DNA of 64,000 nucleotides from Deltaproteobacteria bacterium (GTDB taxonomy: Bacteria; Desulfobacterota; Syntrophobacteria; Syntrophobacterales; Syntrophobacteraceae), in NCBI GenBank assembly GCA_021777755.1, contig JAJYDE010000008.1, positions 14,984 through 78,983 on the forward strand. The letters run 5' to 3'. Under the pieces are notes generated by a model. That model worked only from the letters and a program-made list of their open reading frames with translations. It had not been told where the DNA came from and did no database searches. Each line of letters starts with the position of its first letter. The first letter of the stretch is position 1. Below are positions 28,628 through 37,851 of this stretch, piece by piece. A program made the position numbers and the translations under genes.

Positions 28628-30559
28628 ATGTCCACGAAGGTTCCTGTCCAGGAAAGCTGGACAAAAGGCGCGCACTGCGATAACCAAGGTTATCTCGACA
28701 TGTACAAGAAATCCATTACCGATCCCGAGGGCTTCTGGGGCGAACTGGCCAAAGGAATCGACTGGTTTTCACCCTGGGACAAGGTGAAGGAAGGGGGATT
28801 TACCGATGATGTCCGCGTGAAGTGGTTTTCGGGTGGAAAACTCAATCTGAGCTACAACTGCCTGGACCGGCACCTGGCCAAGCGTGGCGATCAGGTGGCG
28901 ATAATTTGGGAAGGCGACGATCCGTCGGTCAGCAAGAAAATCACCTACTCCGAACTTCACCGGGAAGTCTGTAAATTTGCAAACGTCATGAAGTCCCTCG
29001 GGGTCAAAAAAGGGGACCGTGTCACCATCTATCTGCCAATGATTCCGCAACTGGCGGTCGCCATGCTGGCCTGCACCAGGATCGGCGCCATCCACTCCAT
29101 CGTGTTCGCCGGCTTTTCGCCCGAGTCGCTGGCCGGGCGTATCGAGGACTGCCAGGGCAAGCTCGTCATCACCGCCGATGAGGGTCTTCGCGGCGGCAAG
29201 AAGGTCCCGCTCAAGGCCAACACGGACGCCGCGGTGGAAAAGTGCCCCTTCGTTGAAAAAGTGATCATGGTCAGGCACACCAAGGGGGATGTGGCTTTCG
29301 TTCCGGGCCGGGATGTCGATTGGGACGACCTGATGAGCAAAGCCTCGGCGGATTGTCCTGCCGAGCACATGGATGCGGAAGACCCGCTTTTCATTCTCTA
29401 TACCTCGGGTTCGACCGGCAAGCCCAAGGGCGTTTTGCACACCACGGGCGGCTACCTGGTATATGTTTCGGTTTCCCACAAGTATGTCTTCGATTACCGC
29501 GAGGGCGAGGTCTACTGGTGTACGGCGGACATCGGCTGGGTAACGGGTCACAGCTACATTGTCTACGGTCCGCTTGCCAACGGCGCGACCACGCTCATGT
29601 ACGAGGGCATTCCCAACCATCCCAACTGGTCCAGGTTCTGGGATGTGGTCGATAAGCACAATGTGAATATTTTCTACACCGCGCCGACGGCCATCCGGGC
29701 CATCATGCGCCAGGGCGAGGCGCCCGTGAGGTGTACTTCCAGAAAGAGCATCAGGGTGCTTGGCACCGTGGGCGAGCCGATCAACCCCGAAGTATGGCTC
29801 TGGTATTACGATGTGGTGGGCGACAAGCGCTGCCCCATTGTCGATACCTGGTGGCAGACCGAAACGGGCGGCATTCTGATAACACCGCTTCCGGGCGCAA
29901 CCGCTCTAAAACCCGGCTCGGCGACCAGGCCCTTTTTCGGTGTGCAGCCAGCGATCATCACCCCCGAGGGCCAGCTGGTCGAAGGCGCGGGCGAGGGATA
30001 TCTGGTCATGAAGGATTCGTGGCCCGGAATGCTTCGCACAGTTTACGGCGACCACGATCGTTTCAAGCAGACCTACTTTTCCAACTATCCGGGCCTTTAT
30101 TTCACCGGTGACGGTGCGCGCCGCGATGAAGACGGCTATTACTGGATCACGGGCCGTGTCGACGATGTTATCAACGTCTCGGGCCATCGTCTGGGTACGG
30201 CCGAAATCGAATCGGCCCTGGTTGCCCATCCCTCCGTTGCGGAATCCGCGGTGGTGGGTTGCCCCCATGACCTTAAAGGACAGGGCATCTATGCCTTTGT
30301 GACTCTTAAGGCCGGTATCGAGCCCACCGATCAGCTCCGCAAGGATTTGGTGCAGTGGGTGCGAAAAGAAATCGGCCCGATTGCTTCCCCCGATTCCATC
30401 CAGTGGGCCCCGGGGCTTCCCAAGACCAGATCGGGCAAGATTATGCGCCGTATCTTGAGAAAAATTGCCGCAAACGAGGTGGAAAACCTGGGCGATACTT
30501 CGACCCTGGCCGAACCGGCCGTGGTCGACGATCTGCTCAAAAATCGCCTCTCGGCCTGA
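28628..30559 (+). CDS. acs: acetyl-CoA synthetase (AMP-forming)
   Basis: 643 aa. Carries [42 protein letters not shown] and [11 protein letters not shown]. Confidence 0.97.
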   Translation: MSTKVPVQESWTKGAHCDNQGYLDMYKKSITDPEGFWGELAKGIDWFSPWDKVKEGGFTDDVRVKWFSGGKLNLSYNCLDRHLAKRGDQVAIIWEGDDPSVSKKITYSELHREVCKFANVMKSLGVKKGDRVTIYLPMIPQLAVAMLACTRIGAIHSIVFAGFSPESLAGRIEDCQGKLVITADEGLRGGKKVPLKANTDAAVEKCPFVEKVIMVRHTKGDVAFVPGRDVDWDDLMSKASADCPAEHMDAEDPLFILYTSGSTGKPKGVLHTTGGYLVYVSVSHKYVFDYREGEVYWCTADIGWVTGHSYIVYGPLANGATTLMYEGIPNHPNWSRFWDVVDKHNVNIFYTAPTAIRAIMRQGEAPVRCTSRKSIRVLGTVGEPINPEVWLWYYDVVGDKRCPIVDTWWQTETGGILITPLPGATALKPGSATRPFFGVQPAIITPEGQLVEGAGEGYLVMKDSWPGMLRTVYGDHDRFKQTYFSNYPGLYFTGDGARRDEDGYYWITGRVDDVINVSGHRLGTAEIESALVAHPSVAESAVVGCPHDLKGQGIYAFVTLKAGIEPTDQLRKDLVQWVRKEIGPIASPDSIQWAPGLPKTRSGKIMRRILRKIAANEVENLGDTSTLAEPAVVDDLLKNRLSA

Positions 30560-30577
30560 TTTGAGCTTGTATGAAAA

Positions 30578-30603
30578 AAGGGGGGCCTTGCGGCCCCCCT
30601 TTT
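30578..30603 (+). terminator. intrinsic terminator after acs
   Basis: GGGGGGCC-TTGC-GGCCCCCC hairpin flanked by AAAAA and TTTT. Confidence 0.75.
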
Positions 30604-30759
30604 GATTTCCCCGCCGCCCGCCGCTTTTCCAGCAGGGTTTTTCCCATTTTCCGACTTGCGGCCTTTGCCGCGAAAGTTTATAAAACACTGTTTAGCGTTA
30701 GAATTCAGCCACGAAGTGTGCGGGCCGAACCCGACCCGGATTGCGCGGAGGATAGCTCG

Positions 30760-30969
30760 ATGACCTTTAATCCTTTCAATATGCTCATACTTTTTGTTAT
30801 ATTCCTGATACCGGTAGTCCCCACACTCTGGGCCATTGTGGATTTGCCCCGGCGGCGGTTTTCCAGGACCAGGTGGAAGGTTATCTGGTTTGCCCTGGTG
30901 GCCACGCTGCCGGTTTTAGGGGCAATCGTCTACTTCGCCTTTGTCCGGCGCCATACTGAACCGATTTGA
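30760..30969 (+). CDS. small membrane protein with PLD-nuclease N-terminal (PLDc_N) type domain
   Basis: ATG 30760 after GGAGGA. 69 aa with two TM spans and the WAIVDL...KVIWFALVATLPVLGAIVYF pattern typical of PLDc_N proteins. The longer ORF from 30571 runs through the acs terminator and is rejected. Confidence 0.6.
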   Translation: MTFNPFNMLILFVIFLIPVVPTLWAIVDLPRRRFSRTRWKVIWFALVATLPVLGAIVYFAFVRRHTEPI

Positions 30970-31004
30970 GACAAATTTTACGACCGCTAAGGATTGAATG
31001 AACA

Positions 31005-32900
31005 ATGCTCGATTTTGTCAGAAGACACTCGAGGTCATGGGTAATCAAGTTATTGCTGATCGTTGTGATCCTGGTTTTCATCGGATGGGGTGGATACCTC
31101 TACCAGACCCGGCATGCAAGCGATATAGCCGTGGTGGGCAACAAATACATCAGCGTGGATGAATATCAGAGGGCCTATCAGAATATGGCCGAACATATTC
31201 GCAAGCAGTTCGGGGGCGCCGTGCCTGAAAAGCTGATGGAGGCGCTCAATGTAAGAAGGCAGGCTCTCGATGCGCTGGTTCGTCGCTACCTGGTTATCAG
31301 GGGCGCGCGGCAATTGGGCCTTCAGGCCACAGCCTCCGAGGTTCGCGCGGCTATCGCCAAAATACCGGCTTTTCAGAACAAGGGAAATTTCGATCTGAAC
31401 CGCTACAAGGCCGTTCTGTTTCAAAACAGGATGACCCCCGAAGATTTCGAGCAGCAGATGGCCGATGATATTACGGCCACAAACGCCGAGGTTTTCATAA
31501 TGGGGCAGGCGATCGTAACGAAGGCCGAAATAGAGTCTTCCTATCATTTCGACAATGACCGGATAAAGCTTGCCTATGTTCTTTTCGATCCTTCGAGTTT
31601 CGAAGCCGCGGTGAAAGTCGATAATGCGGCTCTTGAGGCCTTTTACAAGAAAAACCGTGATAAATACATGGAGCCCGAGAAGCGCCAAATTGCTTATGTG
31701 GTGATAAACTCGCAAGATCTCGAAAAAAGTATCCAACCCACGGAAGGTCAGATCAAACAGTATTACGACGAAAACGGTGCCGAGTTCACCCATGGAAAAG
31801 AGGTGCATGCGCGACGCATCCTTTTGCGGATAAAGCCCGGCGCATCCGGCGCGGAGATAAAAAAGGCAAACGCCGAGGCGGCTAAAATCCTGGCTGAAGC
31901 ACGGCAGGGAAAAGATTTTGCCTCGCTTGCCAAAAAGTATTCGCAGGACGCGGCCACGGCGAAAAACGGCGGGGACCTTGGAGTGATCTCCTCCCAAAAG
32001 ATGTCTGCCGCCTTTTCGAAGGCCGCTTTCGCCCTCAAGCCGGGGGAGATGAGCCCGGTCGTGCATACGCCCTCGGGGCTTAACATCATCAAGGTCGAGG
32101 AAGTAAAAAAGGCCGGGACCGAAACACTCGATCAGGCAAGAGCGCGGATCGTAAAAGAGCTTAAGGCGCAGGGTGCTCGCGACCAGATCTACAAGGACGC
32201 GCAAAACCTTCGCGATGAGGCCTATGCCATGCAGGATATGGACAAGGCCGCTCTCAAGCTCAAGATGAAGGTCTCCGCCCCGGTGTGGATAACCATGTCC
32301 GAAAAGCAGTCCCCGGCCAACCCTTTTCCTCGCGGCGCCAGGGCAAAGCTCTTCGAACTCGGCCAGGGGGATGTGAGCGACATGCTGAAGATTCCCGGAG
32401 GCTATATTGTGGCCCAGGTAAAATCGATACAAAAACCCGTACCGGCGCCTTTTGCGAAAGTAAAAGACAAGGTTGCGAGCGATTTTCGCCTGGTGGAAGG
32501 CCGAAAGCTCGCTCTTAAGCAGGCGAGCGCCACTCTTGAGAGCGCGAGGCAACAAAACGGCCTTGCCGCGGCGGCCAAAGCCGTCAATGCCTCCGTCACG
32601 CAAAGCGGATACTTTTCCCGGCAGAGTCCTGATAAGGGGCTGAAGATGCTTCAGGGGACCAACCTCGATGCCGTTTTCAGCCTGGATAAGTCGAACCCTT
32701 TTCCAAAATCCGCGTTGCAGGTCGGGGCCGCCTACATGGTGTGTCAGTTCGGCGGGAAAGAGCCTGCCGGTGCGCCTTCCAAGCAGCGGATGGCTGAAAT
32801 CTCCCACATTATCATGCAGCAAAAAAGGGACGTCGTGTGGAGAACCTGGCTGGGCGAAATCGCCAAGACCACGAAGGTTCAGTATTTGAAAAAGATTTAG
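31005..32900 (+). CDS. ppiD: periplasmic chaperone / peptidyl-prolyl isomerase PpiD-like
   Basis: 631 aa. The N-terminal anchor MLDFVRRHSRSWVIKLLLIVVILVF is followed by a SurA_N-like region and a parvulin domain (HARRILL...GGDLGVISS...GLNIIKV). Confidence 0.8.
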   Translation: MLDFVRRHSRSWVIKLLLIVVILVFIGWGGYLYQTRHASDIAVVGNKYISVDEYQRAYQNMAEHIRKQFGGAVPEKLMEALNVRRQALDALVRRYLVIRGARQLGLQATASEVRAAIAKIPAFQNKGNFDLNRYKAVLFQNRMTPEDFEQQMADDITATNAEVFIMGQAIVTKAEIESSYHFDNDRIKLAYVLFDPSSFEAAVKVDNAALEAFYKKNRDKYMEPEKRQIAYVVINSQDLEKSIQPTEGQIKQYYDENGAEFTHGKEVHARRILLRIKPGASGAEIKKANAEAAKILAEARQGKDFASLAKKYSQDAATAKNGGDLGVISSQKMSAAFSKAAFALKPGEMSPVVHTPSGLNIIKVEEVKKAGTETLDQARARIVKELKAQGARDQIYKDAQNLRDEAYAMQDMDKAALKLKMKVSAPVWITMSEKQSPANPFPRGARAKLFELGQGDVSDMLKIPGGYIVAQVKSIQKPVPAPFAKVKDKVASDFRLVEGRKLALKQASATLESARQQNGLAAAAKAVNASVTQSGYFSRQSPDKGLKMLQGTNLDAVFSLDKSNPFPKSALQVGAAYMVCQFGGKEPAGAPSKQRMAEISHIIMQQKRDVVWRTWLGEIAKTTKVQYLKKI

Positions 32901-33008
32901 CGTTACTCGGGGATTCGCCCAGGGACGTTTTATGCCGGAGTCCGTGGTCGCCCGCCCCGGCGATCTTCAAGCCGGGGTCCAGGGGGCGCCGGGCCGAAAG
33001 GGTAGCCC

Positions 33009-33347
33009 ATGCGCATGCTTGTTACGGGAGCCGGCGGGCTCATCGGTTCAGAGGTGGTCTCCTATTTTTCCGGTCGTTGCGAGTCCATTACGGGACTTGA
33101 CAACAACATGAGGGCCGACTTCTTCGGCCCGGAAGGCGATGTGCGGTGGAATATCGCCAAGCTCGAAACCAGCTATGCAAATTTCAAAAACCGCATTTGT
33201 GACATACGCGACAAAGACGCCGTCCAGGCGTTTTTCCGGGAACAACCGCTCGATGTGGTGGTCCATTGCGCCGCCCAGCCCTCCCATGATCTTGCCGCAT
33301 CCCGCCCGCTCGATGATTTCCACGGTGGCCGCCTGGCATCGGCATGA
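33009..33347 (+). pseudogene. truncated NAD-dependent sugar epimerase/dehydratase (N-terminal ~100 aa only)
   Basis: A Rossmann motif MRMLVTGAGGLIGS and HCAAQPSHD match the first third of CDP-paratose-2-epimerase-like SDRs (normally about 330 aa). The frame ends at residue 112, and I found no continuation in any frame of the next 100 nt. Confidence 0.7.
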
Positions 33348-33448
33348 AAAAGGTCGCGAGAACCTCGTCGAATTGGTGTCGGACAACCGCGAAGGACTGA
33401 CTGCCTCGGGGCTGTAATGCGTGGCGCCCGTGTTTCAAGGGGGAATTT

Positions 33449-34618
33449 TTGCGAAGTTTTGAAGTTGCCTCGGATATTGTTGCCACTGATCCGAATGGAA
33501 ATATCCATTTCGATCGGTCGCGGGAGAGAAGAGCCAATAGGGTGACTCGCCGCTTCGACATAAATATGGGTTTTAAATGCAATTTTCGCTGCAAGTTCTG
33601 TTACTACCTGGGCGCCATTAATGCCGGAAAAACGCGGGACCTCTCCACGGAGGAGGTGAAGCGGCGATTGCGGGTCGGGCGAAGTTGGGGGAAAACCGCT
33701 GTGGATCTGACCGGTGGCGAGCCAACGATGCGCGAAGATCTCGCGGAACTTGTCTCCTTTGCCCGAAAGATCGGCTATCAGACTGTCTGTATCATCACCA
33801 ACGGCTGGATAATAGGCTCCAATAAGGACTATCTTCAAAAGTTGGCCGAGGCCGGATTAAATGACATCCTGATGTCGCTTCACGGCCCCGATGCCGAAAC
33901 CCACCAGGAACTGACCGGCAAGAAGGGCTCCTACGAGCGGTTCCTGGCCGCGGTGGAGAGGGTAAAGCACACCCCTGGCGTGCGCCTTCGGTTCAACCAC
34001 GTGATATGCGAGCAAAACTTCGAAAAGATCGAAAAAAGCGGCGATCTTCTCGCCTCTTTTGAACCGGACGCAATGAATTTCATTTTGTTTCAGCCAACAC
34101 GCGATGCCTTGAGGGCCGAGAAGGCCATAAAGTTTCGAAGCTACAAACAGGTGACTCCCCATCTTGCGCAAGCCATAGAGAAACACCGGGCGAGGGTCCC
34201 CCGCATAAATGTCCGCGATCTTCCCTTTTGCCTCTTGAAGGGTTTTGAGCCCCACATAAAGACGATGTTCCAGCTCCAGTACGAAAAGGTGGAGTGGGAT
34301 TACTGCCTGGACGTGATATTCAAGAAGGGTTATCCTTTCTACGGGGCGAGCGCGGTGTTCGGGGCGATTCTGAGCGCTGAAAACCCTTATTTCCGCACGG
34401 CCGACTGGGATAACAAAAGACACCTTGCCATACAGCGGGCGCGCGCGTTTACGATGCGGAAACAGGGTGGGGCGTGCGCCCGGTGCGCGATCACCCACAT
34501 ATGCGACGGTCTTGTCAAAGACTACTTTGAGCGGTGCGGAGATGGCGAGCTGTCGCCTTACAGCGGGGAGCGGATAACAAATCCGACGTACTTCATCGAG
34601 CGGGATGAGCTTGAATGA
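33449..34618 (+). CDS. radical SAM enzyme with SPASM/twitch-like C-terminal Cys motif
   Basis: 389 aa. Carries CNFRCKFC (CX3CX2C), DLTGGEPTM and a C-terminal CARCAITHICDG (CX2CX5C). TTG start after AAGGGGGAA. It is a paralogue of the 37817-39133 product. Confidence 0.8.
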   Translation: MRSFEVASDIVATDPNGNIHFDRSRERRANRVTRRFDINMGFKCNFRCKFCYYLGAINAGKTRDLSTEEVKRRLRVGRSWGKTAVDLTGGEPTMREDLAELVSFARKIGYQTVCIITNGWIIGSNKDYLQKLAEAGLNDILMSLHGPDAETHQELTGKKGSYERFLAAVERVKHTPGVRLRFNHVICEQNFEKIEKSGDLLASFEPDAMNFILFQPTRDALRAEKAIKFRSYKQVTPHLAQAIEKHRARVPRINVRDLPFCLLKGFEPHIKTMFQLQYEKVEWDYCLDVIFKKGYPFYGASAVFGAILSAENPYFRTADWDNKRHLAIQRARAFTMRKQGGACARCAITHICDGLVKDYFERCGDGELSPYSGERITNPTYFIERDELE

Positions 34619-35451
34619 GTTCCCCCGGGGCTTTGATAACTATTGCTATACCGACTTACAACCGGTGTGATGAACTTGCCCGGTGCCTTAAAAGCTGCGT
34701 GACGCACGCCCCCGATTGCCCGATCATTGTTGTCGATGACGGAGGCTCCGACGGGACCGACCTAATGATTCGGGATAATTTCCCCGGGATCGTTTATCTG
34801 AGAAGCGATATGAATCGCGGCCCGGGGCATGCCAGAAATTTGGCCTTTGCCGCGGCAAAGACCGAATATGTGGCCTTTTTCGATTCGGATGTAGTGTTGG
34901 ACCCTGGTTGGTACGAGGCCGCAGGCGGCCGTCTTTCGCCCGATACGATCCTTGCGGGGCGGGTCGAGCAGCCGGAGGGAAAGTTGGAAATAGGGCCTAG
35001 AAAAATGATGCCCTGGGGAGGGAGTCTTCCCTGTCGCCGTGAGGCGTCCGCCAACGTAGCCAGCAGCAACAATATGGTTGTCCCCGTCGGTGTGTACAAA
35101 AAGGTGGGAGGTTTCGACGAATTTCTGGGCATATACTTTGAAGACAGCTACTTTTGCATCTGCGCTCGAAGAGCAGGCATTAAAGTGCGGTATGTCGACA
35201 AAGCCAAGGTCGTCCATTTCCACAACTCTTTTTTCAATGTAGACAGGAAGCGGCGCCAAGTCCGAAACAGAAGTTTTGCAATGACGCGTTCGTCACGAAA
35301 CCCGCTTGCCATGGCCGTTCTTCAATCGGCGGTCACCATGGTGGAGATTTGTTTTCTTCTGGCGGTTGGCAGATACTTGGGCGCCGGGGCATGCTTTGCC
35401 GGGCTTATGAGCGGCTTGCGTGAGGTTGTTACTAGCAAGGGGACGTGTTGA
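34615..35451 (+). CDS. family 2 glycosyltransferase
   Basis: 278 aa. ITIAIPTYNRCDEL, VVDDGGSDGT and the FFDSDVV (DxD) motif define a GT-A fold. The ATG overlaps the radical SAM stop (ATGA). Confidence 0.85.
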   Translation: MSSPGALITIAIPTYNRCDELARCLKSCVTHAPDCPIIVVDDGGSDGTDLMIRDNFPGIVYLRSDMNRGPGHARNLAFAAAKTEYVAFFDSDVVLDPGWYEAAGGRLSPDTILAGRVEQPEGKLEIGPRKMMPWGGSLPCRREASANVASSNNMVVPVGVYKKVGGFDEFLGIYFEDSYFCICARRAGIKVRYVDKAKVVHFHNSFFNVDRKRRQVRNRSFAMTRSSRNPLAMAVLQSAVTMVEICFLLAVGRYLGAGACFAGLMSGLREVVTSKGTC

Positions 35452-35571
35452 TACACTTGTCATGCTGGAGTTTTGGGCTGCAGCGGGGCATACGCTCTTT
35501 CCTGATGAACCTGATATATTAAGGACTACAGGGTAGATGCTGCCTGACGAAAACAGCGGAGAGGGTATGTC

Positions 35572-36432
35572 ATGAATGCGATTCATCGTATGAAACACTT
35601 AATTCCACGGCTTTTATTAAGCTTCAGAATCCCTTATCTGACCGACAGCGTGCGCGAATGCCCAATCTGCCGCGGTGCTTCCGAGCCGGAGAATTGCAAA
35701 CGACGTTCCGATCTGTGGCGTTGCACCGTCTGTGATCATGTGTATGCTGCCAGTGTACCTCGTAGGTTGTTGCTTGAGCATCTTTATGGCGGCATGCAGT
35801 ATTGGCTGATGGACAAGGGACATCAGGGCATTCAGACAATAGCCTTCGGCTCACAGTGGGATGGCTTTCTGGAAGCACGGATGGCCATCCTGGTTAGAGC
35901 GGGATTAAATTGTAACGGAGCGGGAAAGAAAAACATTTTCGAGATCGGGTGCTCCGAGGGAATGTTGGTTGCCAACCTTCAGCGTTGCGGGCATAAAGTT
36001 GCCGGCTGCGATATGAACGCCGCGATTGTTGCTCGCGGAAAACAATGTCTTGGTGTCGACATTGTGGCCGGAGCTTTCGAGGGGCTGTCGTTACCTGTTT
36101 CCACCTATGATTTCGTCATATCTTTCCATACCCTGGAACATATGAGGGCCCCTGAAACGGTGTTCGACAAAATAACGAAGATCCTCCGAGTTGACGGGAC
36201 GGTTGTCATAGAGGTTCCCGGCGGCAAGGAAGAGTACGGAACGCTTGATCACCTGCATTTTTTCTCCCGACAGTCATTGGAAAGATTGATCGCCACGTGG
36301 TTCGAGAAGGTCGAAATTATAGAGAATAGCTATACAAATAGTAATGGAGATCAAGTCTGCTCCTACTACGGTAGTGGCCGCTATCCAAGAAAATTGCAAG
36401 GAAATGGGGGACGCGGTTTGGAGAATGATTAA
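35572..36432 (+). CDS. class I SAM-dependent methyltransferase with N-terminal Zn-ribbon
   Basis: 286 aa. CPICRG...CTVCDH is a four-Cys ribbon. SAM motif I is IFEIGCSEGML, with acidic loop GCDMN. Confidence 0.8.
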   Translation: MNAIHRMKHLIPRLLLSFRIPYLTDSVRECPICRGASEPENCKRRSDLWRCTVCDHVYAASVPRRLLLEHLYGGMQYWLMDKGHQGIQTIAFGSQWDGFLEARMAILVRAGLNCNGAGKKNIFEIGCSEGMLVANLQRCGHKVAGCDMNAAIVARGKQCLGVDIVAGAFEGLSLPVSTYDFVISFHTLEHMRAPETVFDKITKILRVDGTVVIEVPGGKEEYGTLDHLHFFSRQSLERLIATWFEKVEIIENSYTNSNGDQVCSYYGSGRYPRKLQGNGGRGLEND

Positions 36433-36735
36433 ACAAGTAGCAACGGGGTGGTCATCAGGACACTCTACAAATGAGAGCTTTTACGTTCTGTCGCCTTTCG
36501 AACAGTCTTTTGGAAAATCGGGCTCGTTTAATGGGGGATTTCGCGTGACCATCAGGGGCCTTGATCGGCTGTGGGAGCCGATAGGTGTTTCCCTGGAGGT
36601 TTGCCAACGTGGACGCCCGATTTTGTTACGATCACAAATCTCGGTTGGGTCTTTAATTGACACGGGGAGAGCCTGATATATTCATTTATCTAAAATGTTC
36701 ACCAGACAGTCCAAGCCGTGTTTAAAGAATGTCGG

Positions 36736-37851
36736 TCAAAGATATGCACAATCGTAAGTCTCAACGTCAAGCGGAACCTTTCGTGACACGTTCCGTTTGC
36801 GGAAGAGGCGTCCAAAATATAATACACTTAATTGTAAAAAAGTCAGGTTGGTGAGAAAAAAAAGAACGTATCTATTTACTCCAAGTGAAACTATTTCACG
36901 TATATTGTCATTATCAAACAAGATGTCATACGGTGTTAAAATATAGGAAAGAGCATACATAAATCTTTTAAGGGACAGGAGGCTAATGAATTGTTCATGG
37001 TATTTGAGGAGGTGAGCCAAAATACATTCTAGTAAAGTCACGTGCGAGGGATGTTGCCTCAGATCGCCGGTTGGCAATCGACCCCCCAAAATGGGATTTA
37101 TGGAAAAACCATTCTTGCTGTGCCGACGATAGCTGCCATGCACTGTTGGAATTAGCAATGATCCCCCAATGAGATTTGCGAAATGGCAGATGTAGTTATC
37201 TGCGCAGATGCGAAAGGGGCGGCTGTCCTCGGGCATGATTATGTCAAGGGTTGAACGACGGAACATCATTGAACTGGTCGTCGCCCAAACCCAGTAAGCC
37301 ATTTGAAGCGGCAGTGGGCGGACCACCGTATTCTGTCCCTTATGGCTTAAATCGGGGTGCATACCGGCAATAATCTCATTTTTTTCATTTATCTGGAACT
37401 GATTCGAACTCGTGAAAGCTACGGGCATGAAATTTAGATGAGCTTTGACATGTGTCCATAAAAAATCCTCGAAGAGCTGATCATCAGCGTCAACGAACAC
37501 GACGAAAATGCCCTCGGTGTGCTTTAAACCTGTCTTGAAGGCTTCCATTTGGCCACCGTTTTCATCATGCCGGATGAGTTGAAATCTGCCTTCGAGATTG
37601 TGGGACTTAATGAATCCTTCCACAACCTCGACGGATCGGTCCAGTGAGCAGTCATCGACGATAACGCACTTGAAATTCGTATACGTCTGTTTAAGGATGG
37701 AATCAAGACACCGTCCAATGTAATCGGCATAATTATAGCAACTGACAATCACGGCGACTTCTGGAAACCTGAAATGTTCTTGATGCGGGTCAATATTAGC
37801 ATATTGAAAATTCCAACTATAAGGACCATTCATAATCTTCCCTTTCAACAA
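36736..37851 (-). CDS. family 2 glycosyltransferase with C-terminal hydrophobic segment
   Basis: 371 aa. VAVIVSCYNYADYIGRCLDSILKQTY, VIVDDCSLDRS and the VDADD (DxD) motif define GT2, and YVLFFLTNLTFLQLSVLYF forms a C-terminal hydrophobic span. The start overlaps the upstream radical SAM stop (17-35 nt depending on ATG). Confidence 0.8.
   Translation of the reverse strand: MLKGKIMNGPYSWNFQYANIDPHQEHFRFPEVAVIVSCYNYADYIGRCLDSILKQTYTNFKCVIVDDCSLDRSVEVVEGFIKSHNLEGRFQLIRHDENGGQMEAFKTGLKHTEGIFVVFVDADDQLFEDFLWTHVKAHLNFMPVAFTSSNQFQINEKNEIIAGMHPDLSHKGQNTVVRPLPLQMAYWVWATTSSMMFRRSTLDIIMPEDSRPFRICADNYICHFANLIGGSLLIPTVHGSYRRHSKNGFSINPILGGRLPTGDLRQHPSHVTLLECILAHLLKYHEQFISLLSLKRFMYALSYILTPYDILFDNDNIREIVSLGVNRYVLFFLTNLTFLQLSVLYFGRLFRKRNVSRKVPLDVETYDCAYL

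Noticed and set aside
30571-30759. 5' extension of the PLDc_N small-protein ORF, starting at ATG 30571.
   Set aside because: The extension is translated straight through the acs intrinsic terminator hairpin. An internal ATG at 30760 with a GGAGGA RBS gives the conserved two-TM protein.
36344-36676. 110-codon ORF (or an 83-codon version from ATG 36425, overlapping the methyltransferase stop as ATGATTAA) in the convergent gap of the accessory block. I considered it as a possible small partner or precursor peptide.
   Set aside because: The GGAGA directly abuts the ATG, which is poor spacing. The ORF has no recognisable motif, no Cys/Ser/Thr-rich core and no leader-like features. I cannot exclude it, but the sequence alone does not support it.
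35510-36682. 11-nt direct repeat CCTGATATATT at 35510-35520 and 36672-36682, bracketing the methyltransferase gene. It could be read as a target-site duplication or cassette boundary.
   Set aside because: A rough expectation is about 64000 x 1200 / 4^11, which comes to more than ten 11-mer pairs within 1.2 kb of each other in a window this size by chance. There are no associated inverted repeats or recombinase.
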